64,000 nt of DNA from Clostridia bacterium (GCA_029256705.1 JAQSXK010000007.1:4606-68605), one strand, 5' to 3'. Positions 48,200 to 58,658 are shown, numbered from the stretch's first letter. Numbers and translations are program-made. Notes: generated by a model from the letters alone, not told the origin.

Positions 48200-49105
48200 G
48201 TGATAAATGTGTTAGAAGTTAAAAATATGACAAAAAAATTTGGTGACTACTTAGCAATAGATAATATTTCTTTTACTGCTAAAGAAGGTAGAATACTTGG
48301 GATATTAGGCAGAAATGGTGCAGGCAAGTCTACACTTTTTAGAAGTATTTTGAATATTGTTCAAAAAGATAAAGGAGAAGCTTTGTTAGATGGAGAATCT
48401 ATAAATTACTCTATACTAGACAGAGTTGGATATTTAATAGAAGAAGGATCTTTAACTCCTGAATATACTGTATATAATCAATTTTCTACTTTTGGAATAT
48501 TGAAAAATATGAGTGATGATGAGATAACAACTTCATTAATATACTGGCTTAAAAAATTTGATATGTTAGAATATCTAAATATGAAAATAAAAAATATTTC
48601 TAAAGGGAACAGGCAAAAATTACAGTTTATAGTTTCTGTTTTGCATAGTCCAAAATTATTAATACTAGATGAACCTTTTTCTGGACTTGATCCAGTAAGT
48701 GTTGATGAATTAAAGAATGTTATATTAGAATTAAAAAAAGAAGGAATAACTATAGTTTTCTCATCTCATCAAATGGAACATGTGGAACTTTTATGTGATG
48801 ATATATTGCTTATAAACAAAGGTAAAATGATACTTTATGGAAATTTAAATGAAATAAAAAATGGCTATGATAAAAAGAAAATTAGTGTTGTGGGCTGTTT
48901 AAATATAGATAAGTTAAATAATGAAAATATATTTAAGATTGTAAATGACAAACTTAATACTTATGAAATATATGTAAATGGATCAAATAATGTAACAGAT
49001 ATTTTAGATCTAATAAAAACATTTGATGTTCAAAGTATAAATATTAATAATTTAAGTTTGGAAGATATCTTTATGGATAAGGCGGGTATTAAATATGAAG
49101 AATAA
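48200..49105 (+). CDS. ABC transporter ATP-binding protein
   Basis: 'GRNGAGKST', 'ISKGNRQK', 'ILDEP'. Confidence 0.85.
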   Translation: MINVLEVKNMTKKFGDYLAIDNISFTAKEGRILGILGRNGAGKSTLFRSILNIVQKDKGEALLDGESINYSILDRVGYLIEEGSLTPEYTVYNQFSTFGILKNMSDDEITTSLIYWLKKFDMLEYLNMKIKNISKGNRQKLQFIVSVLHSPKLLILDEPFSGLDPVSVDELKNVILELKKEGITIVFSSHQMEHVELLCDDILLINKGKMILYGNLNEIKNGYDKKKISVVGCLNIDKLNNENIFKIVNDKLNTYEIYVNGSNNVTDILDLIKTFDVQSININNLSLEDIFMDKAGIKYEE

Positions 49106-51248
49106 ACTATATAGATTAACAGTTTTGGGTATTGAACAAACATTAAAAATGAAATTTTTTGTTATATTAAATATAATAATGTTAGTAGGAATTATTGGAG
49201 TTGTAAACTTTGGAACTGTAAAACAAATAATTGAAAAAAATACAGGAAAGGGTATAGATAAAAATATACTAAAAGTAATGGTTCAGGATGAAACTGAAAG
49301 ATTTGTTGATCTTGTAAAACTAAAAGAAATAAAAGACATAGAAGTTGTAGATTATTCTGAGCAAGGAGTAACTGAAGGTAAATCTTTAGTAGAAATTAAA
49401 TATAGCAATGTTAGTATTATAAGTGCAAAGATAACATCTAATGAATATATTGAAGATAATAAATATACAGAGTTGCAGAATATAATAAATGAAATAAGAA
49501 CTGATATATTTGTAGATAAATATGATGCTAATTTAAATGAGGTTCAGGAACTAGGCAGTAATGTAAAAATAGAAAGAATAGTTCTTACATTAAATGCTAC
49601 AGATTATGTTAAATATGAACCAGTAGTAATGGTAATTGCATTTATAATGTATATGTTGTTTATATTTGTAGCAGCAACTATCTCATCAACAATAGGTATA
49701 GAGAAAATCAGTAAAACAACAGAATATATGTTAACAGGAATAAGTGAAAAGGCATATTTATGGTATAATATCTTGCAAGTAAATATAGTGTTTTTGATTC
49801 AAATGATATTAAGTGGTGTATATTATGTTTTTGCTAATATAATTAGTAGTTTACTTATAATTAAATTTTTAGATGGTAGTGTAGGGAAAATAGGAGAAAT
49901 AGCAACTTTTAGTATGGACCCTATATTATTTAAGATAGTAGTACTTACACTTGTTCAAACCGTGCTTTGTGTACTGATATTGTCTATAGTACAAGCTATT
50001 ATGACATCTAAAGTTAATAATATGACAGATATCTCAAATTCAAGTATGCTTGTAATTATGATAGTTGTATTAGTATGTTTTGTAAGTCCTAATATAATTA
50101 ATGTATCTGAAACTGTAAATATTTTTATTAAAATTGTATCTTGTCTTCCAGTGTTATCTATTGTAATGGTACCAAAATTAATACTTCTTCACCAAATAAG
50201 TAATATAGGAATAGTATTAGCTGTTCTTGCTAATGTTGCTACACTAACGTTTTTATCTATATTTGGTTCTAGATGGTTTAAAAGAGGATTACTAGATTCA
50301 GGCAATAGTAAAAAATCTGATAAACGTAAAAAAGACGAAATATATGATATGAATAAATCTAAATTTAAAGAAACAATATTTAAAGTTAGTATTGCTATGC
50401 TAATGTACTTAGTAATTTCTAGTGCTTTAGGATTTATATTAATATTTATTAAGGGAGCATTTATATTAAGTACAAATATTGCAAGTTTAATTAATATTAT
50501 TATTTGGGTTGCTAGTATATTACCTCCATATTTCTATTTAAAACCTTTACATGTTAAAAGTAAAGAGGCAAATAAGAAAGTAGCGATTAAAGATAAAATT
50601 AATCTGCTATTCAGTTGTGCATTTTTAGTTATTGTTATACAGTTTATTATATCTTTTATAATAAAGGATAATTCAAAATTTGATATAGTAGACTTGATAG
50701 GTGCAGATTTTAAATCTATAATAGGAATTTTACTATTTACAATTCAAGTTGCAATACTTCCAGCAATATTTGAGGAGTTACTATTTAGGGGTGCTATGCT
50801 TAAAGTACTTAATAAGTTTGGGAATTTAGCTTCGATATTAATAACTGCCTTTTGCTTTGGTTTAATGCACCAAAACTTAACACAAGGAATATTTGCGTTT
50901 TTACTAGGAATAATTTTAGCATTTATAACAATTAAAACAAAATCAATAATTCCAGCTATGATAATTCATTTCTTAAATAATTTTGTTTCTGTAATAGCTG
51001 TAATAGCTGCTGAAACAAATAATAATATAATGATAAATATTATTAATATATCAGTATATGCAGTTGTGTTAATGTCTGGTTTATATTTTGCTAAAAATAT
51101 ATTAGTTAATAGAAAAATATTTAAGTTAGAAAATACTGGAATTAAAATTAAAAATATACTTAGTTGTATATTTACACAATATATAGTTGTAATTACATTA
51201 TTGCTATACGTTATAATTACAATATATATGGAAATGTTACTATTTTAA
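49095..51248 (+). CDS. fusion: ABC-2-type permease + C-terminal CPBP (CAAX protease/Abi) intramembrane metalloprotease domain
   Basis: 717 aa, more than 12 TM helices. The C-terminal region carries the CPBP motifs 'EELLFRG' and 'FGLMH' followed by 'HFLNN'. Confidence 0.65.
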   Translation: MKNKLYRLTVLGIEQTLKMKFFVILNIIMLVGIIGVVNFGTVKQIIEKNTGKGIDKNILKVMVQDETERFVDLVKLKEIKDIEVVDYSEQGVTEGKSLVEIKYSNVSIISAKITSNEYIEDNKYTELQNIINEIRTDIFVDKYDANLNEVQELGSNVKIERIVLTLNATDYVKYEPVVMVIAFIMYMLFIFVAATISSTIGIEKISKTTEYMLTGISEKAYLWYNILQVNIVFLIQMILSGVYYVFANIISSLLIIKFLDGSVGKIGEIATFSMDPILFKIVVLTLVQTVLCVLILSIVQAIMTSKVNNMTDISNSSMLVIMIVVLVCFVSPNIINVSETVNIFIKIVSCLPVLSIVMVPKLILLHQISNIGIVLAVLANVATLTFLSIFGSRWFKRGLLDSGNSKKSDKRKKDEIYDMNKSKFKETIFKVSIAMLMYLVISSALGFILIFIKGAFILSTNIASLINIIIWVASILPPYFYLKPLHVKSKEANKKVAIKDKINLLFSCAFLVIVIQFIISFIIKDNSKFDIVDLIGADFKSIIGILLFTIQVAILPAIFEELLFRGAMLKVLNKFGNLASILITAFCFGLMHQNLTQGIFAFLLGIILAFITIKTKSIIPAMIIHFLNNFVSVIAVIAAETNNNIMINIINISVYAVVLMSGLYFAKNILVNRKIFKLENTGIKIKNILSCIFTQYIVVITLLLYVIITIYMEMLLF

Positions 51249-51339
51249 ACATTCAATTACAAAAATCTCCATTATCTCTTGATAATTAAACCAAATTAAT
51301 ATATAATATAGTTATTAATATGGAATTGAGTGATATAAA

Positions 51340-51741
51340 TTGGATGAATACATAGATAAAATAGATTTACAAATTGTTTCTAATCAAACATTAGCTTTTA
51401 TTGGTGATGCAGTATTTAATATATATATAAGAACTTATCTAGCAAGTAAAAGCAATTTGCAAACAGGACTTCTACATAAACAGTCTATAAAATACGTAAG
51501 TGCCAAAGCGCAATCTAAAATTATAGATCATATAGTAGAAAATTTAAGTGAAGATGAAGTAAATATATATAAAAGAGGTAGAAATACTAATATAACAACA
51601 GTATCTAAGAATGTTGATGTTGTTGAATATAAAAAAGCAACTGGATTTGAGGCTTTAATAGGTGAATTATATATACAAAAAAAAATAGATAGATTAGAAG
51701 AAATTATAAAAATATCTATAAAAATAGTTGAAACTAATTAG
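51340..51741 (+). CDS. mrnC: Mini-ribonuclease 3 (Mini-III)
   Basis: 'LAFIGDAVFNIYIRTYL' RNase III catalytic signature in a ~130-aa protein; TTG start. Confidence 0.75.
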   Translation: MDEYIDKIDLQIVSNQTLAFIGDAVFNIYIRTYLASKSNLQTGLLHKQSIKYVSAKAQSKIIDHIVENLSEDEVNIYKRGRNTNITTVSKNVDVVEYKKATGFEALIGELYIQKKIDRLEEIIKISIKIVETN

Positions 51742-51777
51742 TATATATTTAAGTTGATAAATGTGGGAGTGTAGTGT

Positions 51778-52323
51778 ATGAGTGAAAAGATTAAGGTAGA
51801 AGAAAATTTAGATGAAATTATAAAAAATGTAGTAAAAGATATCAAAAAAAATAAGAGTTTATCTGCTCAAGACATAGATAAACTTATGAATGATGCAAAT
51901 GAGAATATAGAATTTACAAAAGTAATAAGTGATATAAAATTAGAATCACCGGATAACAGGGTTATCTTTGTAGACGGTAATGAACAATTAATGTATGATC
52001 ACGGTGAATTTTTTATCTGTGATACAGTAGATTCTAGAAAACTAAAGAAAAAAATTAAAAGAAAAGAAGCTACGGAAAGATATATTGAGTATTTTATACG
52101 TTATCAATTGAATCCTATAATTGAACAAAAAAATATGTATAATATTAGTAAAACTATAACTAAAAATGAGAATGAAAAGTCAGCTGTAAATAAAGTTAAA
52201 ACTGTTGAAAAAACGGTAGATAAAAAAGTAGAAGTTAAGCCTAAAGTTGAAATTAAACAAAAAACTGAAACAGAAAAAGTTAAAGTAGTATCTAAAAAAG
52301 TTAAAGATGATTTAACAAGATAA
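51778..52323 (+). CDS. hypothetical protein with Lys/Val-rich C-terminal tail
   Basis: 181-aa ORF. Confidence 0.5.
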   Translation: MSEKIKVEENLDEIIKNVVKDIKKNKSLSAQDIDKLMNDANENIEFTKVISDIKLESPDNRVIFVDGNEQLMYDHGEFFICDTVDSRKLKKKIKRKEATERYIEYFIRYQLNPIIEQKNMYNISKTITKNENEKSAVNKVKTVEKTVDKKVEVKPKVEIKQKTETEKVKVVSKKVKDDLTR

Positions 52324-52338
52324 AAGGAGATAATATTT

Positions 52339-52644
52339 ATGGAAAAATCATATTTTGATGGTAAATTACTTCAATATATTGGATGGTTAATATTAGGAGC
52401 TTTAGTAACGTTTTGTACCTTAGGAATTTGCTATCCATGGGCATTATGCATGATATATGGATGGAAAATACGTCATACTGTAATAAATGGAAAGAGACTT
52501 GAATTTGATGGTAGTGCAATAGGACTTTTTGGACAATGGATAAAATGGTTTTTATTGTGTATAATTACTTTAGGTATATATTCATTTTGGTTACAAATAG
52601 CTTTAGAAGAATGGAAAGTAAAACATACTTACTTTGCTAACTAG
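52339..52644 (+). CDS. small two-TM membrane protein
   Basis: 101 aa with an AAGGAG RBS, immediately upstream of the Bce-like module. Confidence 0.5.
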   Translation: MEKSYFDGKLLQYIGWLILGALVTFCTLGICYPWALCMIYGWKIRHTVINGKRLEFDGSAIGLFGQWIKWFLLCIITLGIYSFWLQIALEEWKVKHTYFAN

Positions 52645-52751
52645 AAAATAAGAACTTGTGGTAATTTTTATCGCAAGTTTTTTTATACAATTATACTATT
52701 GAAATTAAAAGGTTTTAATAGTATAATTATATTTAATACTGGAGGAAATTT

Positions 52752-53420
52752 ATGTATAAAATTTATATTGTTGAAGATGATGATAAAATTAAAAATGAGC
52801 TGGGTATTTTCTTATCTAAAAACGGATATGAAATAGAAAAAATAGGGACTTTTAATAATGTTTTAGAAAATATTATAAATTCTAATTCTGATTTAGTTTT
52901 ATTAGATATAAATCTTCCTAGATATGATGGATATTACATATGTAAAGAATTAAGAAAAGTATCTGATATTCCAATAATAATAGTTACTAGTAGAAATAGT
53001 GAAATAGATGAACTTATGAGTATGAATATTGGGGCAGATGATTTTATAACAAAACCATATAGCGTGCAAATACTACTAGCAAGAATTGAAGCTATATTTA
53101 AACGTGTTAACAAAATAAATAATAATTCTATTATAAACTTTAATGGAATTAAGTTTGATCTTTCAAAAAGTATTATAGAATTTGAAAAAGAAACTATTGA
53201 GCTTAGCAAAAATGAAACAAAAATATTACACTATTTACTTAAAAATAAAGGTGTTATAGTTTCAAGAGAAGAAATAATGGTATATTTATGGGATAGTGAA
53301 ATGTTTGTAGATGATAATACTCTTACGGTTAATATTAATAGACTTAGAAAAAAGTTAAGTGATATAGGAAAAAAAGATATTATTGAAACCAAGAGAGGCC
53401 AGGGTTATATAATAATATGA
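52752..53420 (+). CDS. OmpR-family response regulator (BceR-like)
   Basis: 'IYIVEDDDKI...LLDINLP..DG' receiver plus winged helix. Confidence 0.85.
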   Translation: MYKIYIVEDDDKIKNELGIFLSKNGYEIEKIGTFNNVLENIINSNSDLVLLDINLPRYDGYYICKELRKVSDIPIIIVTSRNSEIDELMSMNIGADDFITKPYSVQILLARIEAIFKRVNKINNNSIINFNGIKFDLSKSIIEFEKETIELSKNETKILHYLLKNKGVIVSREEIMVYLWDSEMFVDDNTLTVNINRLRKKLSDIGKKDIIETKRGQGYIII

Positions 53421-54427
53421 AATTAATAGATTATTTAAAAGATAGAATAATAGAAATATTAATGTATTTATTGCTTATGACTTTTGTAATAGTAGTATTA
53501 AAAATTTTTGATGTAAATATTTTTCTTATTGTATATATTCCTATATTTATTACAATAGCTGCTATTATTGTTTTATTTCATGACTACTTTAGAAAATCTT
53601 ATTTTTATAATGAATTAATTTCAAATTTAGAAATTTTAGATAAGAAATTTTTAATACAAGAAATGATAAAGAAACCAGATTTTTTAGATGGTAAAATATT
53701 ATATGAAATAATACATGAATCTAATAAATCTATGCTTGAAAATGTTAATTCATATAGATATACTCAAGAAGAATTTAGAGAATATATAGAGATGTGGGTT
53801 CATGAAATTAAAACCCCAATTTCTTCTAGTAAATTAATAGTTGAAAATAATAAAAATGATGTAACTTCTAATATAGATGAAGAACTTGATAAAATAGATA
53901 ATTATATAGAGCAAGTACTGTATTATTCAAGGAGCGATAATGTAGAAAAAGATTATACAATAAAGGAAATAATATTAGAACAAGTTGTAAATAATGTCAT
54001 ATTAAAAAACAAAAAAGATTTTATATATAAGAATATATTGTTAGATATAAAAGATTTAAACATTAATGTAAACAGTGATAGTAAATGGTTAGAATATATA
54101 ATAAATCAGATAGTAACAAATAGTATAAAATATTCTAAACAAGAAAATGCTATGGTTAGAATATACGCTACAAAAAATAAAGAGAATGTACAGCTATTTA
54201 TTGAAGATAATGGTATTGGAATAGATAAAAAAGATTTGAGTAGAGTATGGAATAAAAGTTTTACAGGAGAAAATGGTAGAAAAAAATATAATTCAACAGG
54301 AATGGGGCTATATCTTTGTAAAAAATTAATTGAAAAGTTAGGACATAGTATAGATATAGATTCTAAATTAGATAAAGGCACAATTATTAAGATTACTTTT
54401 CCGATAGGTAGTTTCAATAAAATATAA
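53417..54427 (+). CDS. intramembrane-sensing histidine kinase (BceS-like)
   Basis: Two N-terminal TM helices with no extracellular domain, the H-box 'HEIKTPISS', and HATPase 'DNGIGI' / 'GMGLYLCKK'. Confidence 0.8.
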   Translation: MKLIDYLKDRIIEILMYLLLMTFVIVVLKIFDVNIFLIVYIPIFITIAAIIVLFHDYFRKSYFYNELISNLEILDKKFLIQEMIKKPDFLDGKILYEIIHESNKSMLENVNSYRYTQEEFREYIEMWVHEIKTPISSSKLIVENNKNDVTSNIDEELDKIDNYIEQVLYYSRSDNVEKDYTIKEIILEQVVNNVILKNKKDFIYKNILLDIKDLNINVNSDSKWLEYIINQIVTNSIKYSKQENAMVRIYATKNKENVQLFIEDNGIGIDKKDLSRVWNKSFTGENGRKKYNSTGMGLYLCKKLIEKLGHSIDIDSKLDKGTIIKITFPIGSFNKI

Positions 54428-54558
54428 TTTTAAAAATATGCTAGTAAAATAGCATGTTTTTTTATCTTACAAAATTGTAAGATAAATGTAAGATAAATAG
54501 ATTGTTAAAATGAATATATAGTAGTATAATGTACGTATAAAATAAAGGAGATATGTAT

Positions 54559-55326
54559 ATGAGCAAAGTATTAAAAATAGAAAAAGTAGAAAAATGTTAT
54601 GGTAATAAGGGAAATTTAACAAAAGCTGTAAACAACATTAGCTTTGAAGTAGAAAAGGGTGAGTTCATTGGTATTATGGGAGTATCTGGTAGTGGTAAAA
54701 CAACATTACTTAATTGTATATCTACCATAGATAATGTTACTAGTGGACACATTTATGTAAATGATGAAGATATAACAAAATTGAAAGGTTCTAAACTTAC
54801 TAAATTTAGAAGAGAAGAATTAGGATTTATATTTCAAGATTTTAACCTTTTAGATACACTAACTGCATATGAGAATATAGCTTTAGCTTTGACAATACAA
54901 AGGATAAAACCAAAATTAATAGAAGAAAAAGTAAAAGATATATCCAAAAAACTTGGTATATATGATATCTTAGAAAAATATCCATACCAATTATCCGGTG
55001 GACAAAAACAAAGAGTAGCATCTGCTAGAGCTATAATTACAGATCCTGCTTTAGTACTTGCTGACGAACCAACAGGTGCACTTGATTCAAAATCTGCAAG
55101 AATGCTTTTAGAAAGCTTCGAAATTTTAAATAGAAATTTAAATACTACTATATTAATGGTGACACATGATGCATTTACAGCAAGTTATGCAGATAGAATT
55201 GTATTTATTAAAGATGGAGAAGTTTTCAATGAAATAATAAAAGGTCAGGATACTAGAAAAGAGTTTTTTGATAAAATTATAAATGTAGTTACGCTTCTTG
55301 GGGGTGAACTAAATGATGTCATTTAA
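54559..55326 (+). CDS. ABC transporter ATP-binding protein (BceA-like)
   Basis: 'GVSGSGKTTLLN', 'LSGGQKQRVASARA', 'LADEPTGALD'. Confidence 0.85.
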   Translation: MSKVLKIEKVEKCYGNKGNLTKAVNNISFEVEKGEFIGIMGVSGSGKTTLLNCISTIDNVTSGHIYVNDEDITKLKGSKLTKFRREELGFIFQDFNLLDTLTAYENIALALTIQRIKPKLIEEKVKDISKKLGIYDILEKYPYQLSGGQKQRVASARAIITDPALVLADEPTGALDSKSARMLLESFEILNRNLNTTILMVTHDAFTASYADRIVFIKDGEVFNEIIKGQDTRKEFFDKIINVVTLLGGELNDVI

Positions 55327-57391
55327 ACTATCTTGTAAAAATATACAAAAAAGTTTTAAAGACTATTCTATATATTTTATTACACTTATTTTTGGCGTTG
55401 CTATATTTTATGTGTTCAATTCAATAGATGCTCAGAGTTCAATGTTAGAACTTAATAGTTCTAAAAATGAAATGGTTAAAAATCTAGTTGAGATTATAGG
55501 AACAATTTCAATATTTGTATCTATTATATTAGGTTTTTTGATTGTATATGCCAACAATTTTTTGATTAGAAGAAGGAAAAAAGAATTAGGACTGTATATG
55601 ACACTTGGAATGGGAAAAGGAAAAATTTCTAAATTATTACTAACTGAAACAATAATAATTGGTGTAATATCTCTAGTTTTAGGATTAATAATTGGTATAT
55701 TTTCATCTCAACTTTTATCTGTTTTAATAGCAAAAATGTTTGAAACTGATATGAGTAAGTTTACATTTGTATTTTCTAAAGAATCTTTAATTAAGACTTG
55801 TATGTATTTTGGTATAATATATTTTTTAGTTATGATTTTTAATATTATAACAATATCTAAATATAAATTAATAAATTTAATTAATGCGAATAAGAAGAGT
55901 GAAAAAATAAAAATAAAAAATAGATTTGTAACTATGATATTATTCATACTTTCTATTGTATTTATTGGTTATTCATATTACTTATTAAAAAATGATGCGT
56001 TAATGCAGCCAGATAGCAAGTTTTTAACTATGATAATATCTGGTAGTATGGGAACTTTATTGTTTTTTGCCTCACTTTCAGGATTTTTACTAAGAGTAAT
56101 ACAAATGAATAAGAAAATATATTTTAAAGACTTAAATATGTTTGTTTTAAGACAAATAAATAGTAGAATAAATACTAATATGATATCTATGAGTCTTATA
56201 TGTATAATGTTACTTTTAACAATAGGAATTTTATCAGGTTCGATGTCTTTGAGTAATAGTTTTAATACTGATCTTAAAGAAAATAATCTTACAGATGTAA
56301 CAATGGTGAATTATGTAACTCTAGAAGGAAATTCAGAATATGATAAAGATGAAATATTAAATTTAGAAGAAAGATTTATAAAAGATAATTTTGATATATC
56401 TAAATATATCAAAGAATATGTACAATACAATGTATATAATGTACAAGAAGAAAATACTTTAATGTCTAATTTTTTATTAAAGGAAGATATAGATAAATTT
56501 AAAGATGAGTATGGAGATATGTTTAATTTAGATGGTGAATATTTAAGATTTATGAAAGAATCTGAATATAATAAGTTAATGGATATATATAATAAGGAAA
56601 ATTTTAGAATCAATTTAAAAGATAATGAATATGTTGTAGTTGCAAATTTTGAAAAAGTACTACCTGCATATAACAATTCTTTAAAAAATAGTAGGATTAT
56701 AACAATAAATGGGAAAGAATATATACCACAGAGAGAAAATTGTATAGAAGTGACAACACAAAATGCTAGTTTCAAAATGAATCTTGGAATTATAGTCATA
56801 AAAGATGAAGCAATAAAAGGATCAAAATTAATAGAAAATATTATATGTGGTAATTATTTGGCTAAAAATGATAATGAAGCTGAAAAAACAGAGGAGAATT
56901 TTATAAAAGATATATCTACTTTCTATAAATCACATGAGTCAGAAGGATTATATAGACCGTATGAACAATTTTTTACTAAGATAATAATGAATGCCTCAAG
57001 TTTAGGGATAAAAACAATACTAACATTTATTGGACTATATCTAGGAATAATATTTTCTATAACTTCTGCTGCAATACTTGCAATACAGCAATTATCTCAA
57101 AGTTCAGATAATAAAGAAAGATATGAAATACTAAGAAAAATAGGTGCAGATACGAAGATTATAAATAGATCATTATTTATACAAATTGCAATATTTTTCA
57201 TGTTGCCGCTTTCGTTAGCTCTTGTACATAGTATAGTAGGACTTTCAGAAATAAATAAGATTATAGCTATTTATGGTGAAATAGATTTGACTTCTAATAT
57301 AATAATAACAACTTTATTTATATTACTAGTATATGGTGGTTATTTTATAGCTACATATTTAGGAAGTAAATCAATTATAAAAGAAAGATAG
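55313..57391 (+). CDS. FtsX-like ABC permease with large extracellular domain (BceB-like)
   Basis: 692 aa, 10 TM helices with a central ~200-aa extracellular loop; overlaps the ATPase stop. Confidence 0.8.
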   Translation: MMSFKLSCKNIQKSFKDYSIYFITLIFGVAIFYVFNSIDAQSSMLELNSSKNEMVKNLVEIIGTISIFVSIILGFLIVYANNFLIRRRKKELGLYMTLGMGKGKISKLLLTETIIIGVISLVLGLIIGIFSSQLLSVLIAKMFETDMSKFTFVFSKESLIKTCMYFGIIYFLVMIFNIITISKYKLINLINANKKSEKIKIKNRFVTMILFILSIVFIGYSYYLLKNDALMQPDSKFLTMIISGSMGTLLFFASLSGFLLRVIQMNKKIYFKDLNMFVLRQINSRINTNMISMSLICIMLLLTIGILSGSMSLSNSFNTDLKENNLTDVTMVNYVTLEGNSEYDKDEILNLEERFIKDNFDISKYIKEYVQYNVYNVQEENTLMSNFLLKEDIDKFKDEYGDMFNLDGEYLRFMKESEYNKLMDIYNKENFRINLKDNEYVVVANFEKVLPAYNNSLKNSRIITINGKEYIPQRENCIEVTTQNASFKMNLGIIVIKDEAIKGSKLIENIICGNYLAKNDNEAEKTEENFIKDISTFYKSHESEGLYRPYEQFFTKIIMNASSLGIKTILTFIGLYLGIIFSITSAAILAIQQLSQSSDNKERYEILRKIGADTKIINRSLFIQIAIFFMLPLSLALVHSIVGLSEINKIIAIYGEIDLTSNIIITTLFILLVYGGYFIATYLGSKSIIKER

Positions 57392-57403
57392 ACATATAAT
57401 TAT

Positions 57404-57446
57404 AAAAAAAATTAACAGCACTGGTATAACAGTGCTGTTAATTTTT
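57404..57446. terminator. rho-independent terminator
   Basis: AAAAAAATTAACAGCACTG-gtataa-CAGTGCTGTTAATTTTTT. Confidence 0.7.
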
Positions 57447-57521
57447 TACTTGAAATAAAATGAATACTCCGAACTATTGTATTTATATATAAATATAATA
57501 AATTAGAGAGGGGTGAATTAT

Positions 57522-57821
57522 ATGGATATATTATCAATAGCAGTTATTGTAGTAGGCGCTATTATAGTTTTAGGTACTTTATATATTTCAATTAAAAATA
57601 AAGGACTTAGAGAAGTAGCTATTATTCTTATAGTTGAAGCAGAAAAAGCTTTTGAATATGGTAAAAACTCAGAGAAGTTTAATTATGTATTTGAAAATTT
57701 TTATGAAAGACTTCCAATTATTTTTAAGTTATTATTAACAAAACAGAATGTCATTAATTTCATACAAATGGTTTTTGATGAAATTAAGATATCTTTAGAC
57801 TATAAAAATACAGATGTTTAA
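57522..57821 (+). CDS. small single-TM protein (holin-like?)
   Basis: 99 aa with an N-terminal TM and a charged C-terminus; AGAGAGGGG RBS; sits upstream of an amidase. Confidence 0.4.
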   Translation: MDILSIAVIVVGAIIVLGTLYISIKNKGLREVAIILIVEAEKAFEYGKNSEKFNYVFENFYERLPIIFKLLLTKQNVINFIQMVFDEIKISLDYKNTDV

Positions 57822-57950
57822 AAAATAAATAAGAGCTAGATTAAAGTAAATTAAAAAAACTTTAGTCTACTACATATAAAAGAATAATAATTTTTATAAA
57901 CTTGAATAATATAAATAAAGATAATAATTTTTGATAAGGTGGAAGAGTTT

Positions 57951-58502
57951 ATGATTATTGTGAATGATTTTTTGACTTTAGGAAGTATAAATAGACCAGG
58001 CGAAAAAATAAAAGAAATTAAAGGATTAATAATACACTATGTTGGTATAGCTGAAAAATCCGCAAATGTTATACGAAATAGTTTTGAAAATACAACTAGA
58101 TATGGTGCTACTCAATACGTTTGTGATTATAATGATGGACATATAATAAGAACTATGCCTGAAAATGAAGTGACTTACCATTGTGGTTCTAATGTATATA
58201 AACCACTTAAATTTGAAATAGCAGGAGAAGATAATCCAAACTATTACTTAGTTGGTATTGAAACCTGTATAGAAAGTGTGCAAAACTCAAAACCTTCAAA
58301 CGTACAGTGGAAATCGTTAATTGAATTTTCAGCAGATTTTCTATCTAGAAATGGACTGGATTCTAAAAACTTATATTTACATAATCAAATAACATATACG
58401 CAATGCTATAAATGGTTTATAGATCATCCTAAAGATTGGGAAAAATTTAAAAGGGAAGTTCAAAATAGGATAAATTTAAGTAATAAAAAAAACTTGGTAT
58501 AA
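57951..58502 (+). CDS. N-acetylmuramoyl-L-alanine amidase (Amidase_2/PGRP fold)
   Basis: 'NRPGEKIKEIKGLIIHYVG...YGATQYVCDYNDGHIIRTMPENEVTYHCG...YLVGIETC' matches CwlA-type amidases. Confidence 0.65.
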   Translation: MIIVNDFLTLGSINRPGEKIKEIKGLIIHYVGIAEKSANVIRNSFENTTRYGATQYVCDYNDGHIIRTMPENEVTYHCGSNVYKPLKFEIAGEDNPNYYLVGIETCIESVQNSKPSNVQWKSLIEFSADFLSRNGLDSKNLYLHNQITYTQCYKWFIDHPKDWEKFKREVQNRINLSNKKNLV

Positions 58503-58532
58503 TATTATTATACCAAGTATAAAAAAGCAGTG

Positions 58533-58658
58533 TTATTTCTTTTTAGATGTGTTTTGAGAAAAGTTAGTAGCTTCAGCTGTTTTAGAAGTTTTAGAAGATC
58601 TATCATCTTGCATACCATTAGATGCTACTTTATTAGAGTTTTTATTATGACCCATCAT
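58533..58658 (-). CDS. small hydrophilic protein (41 aa), possible minor small acid-soluble spore protein
   Basis: Not in the supplied ORF track. An AGGTGA RBS precedes an ATG; the protein MMGHNKNSNKVASNGMQDDRSSKTSKTAEATNFSQNTSKKK has SASP-like composition. Confidence 0.3.
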   Translation of the reverse strand: MMGHNKNSNKVASNGMQDDRSSKTSKTAEATNFSQNTSKKK

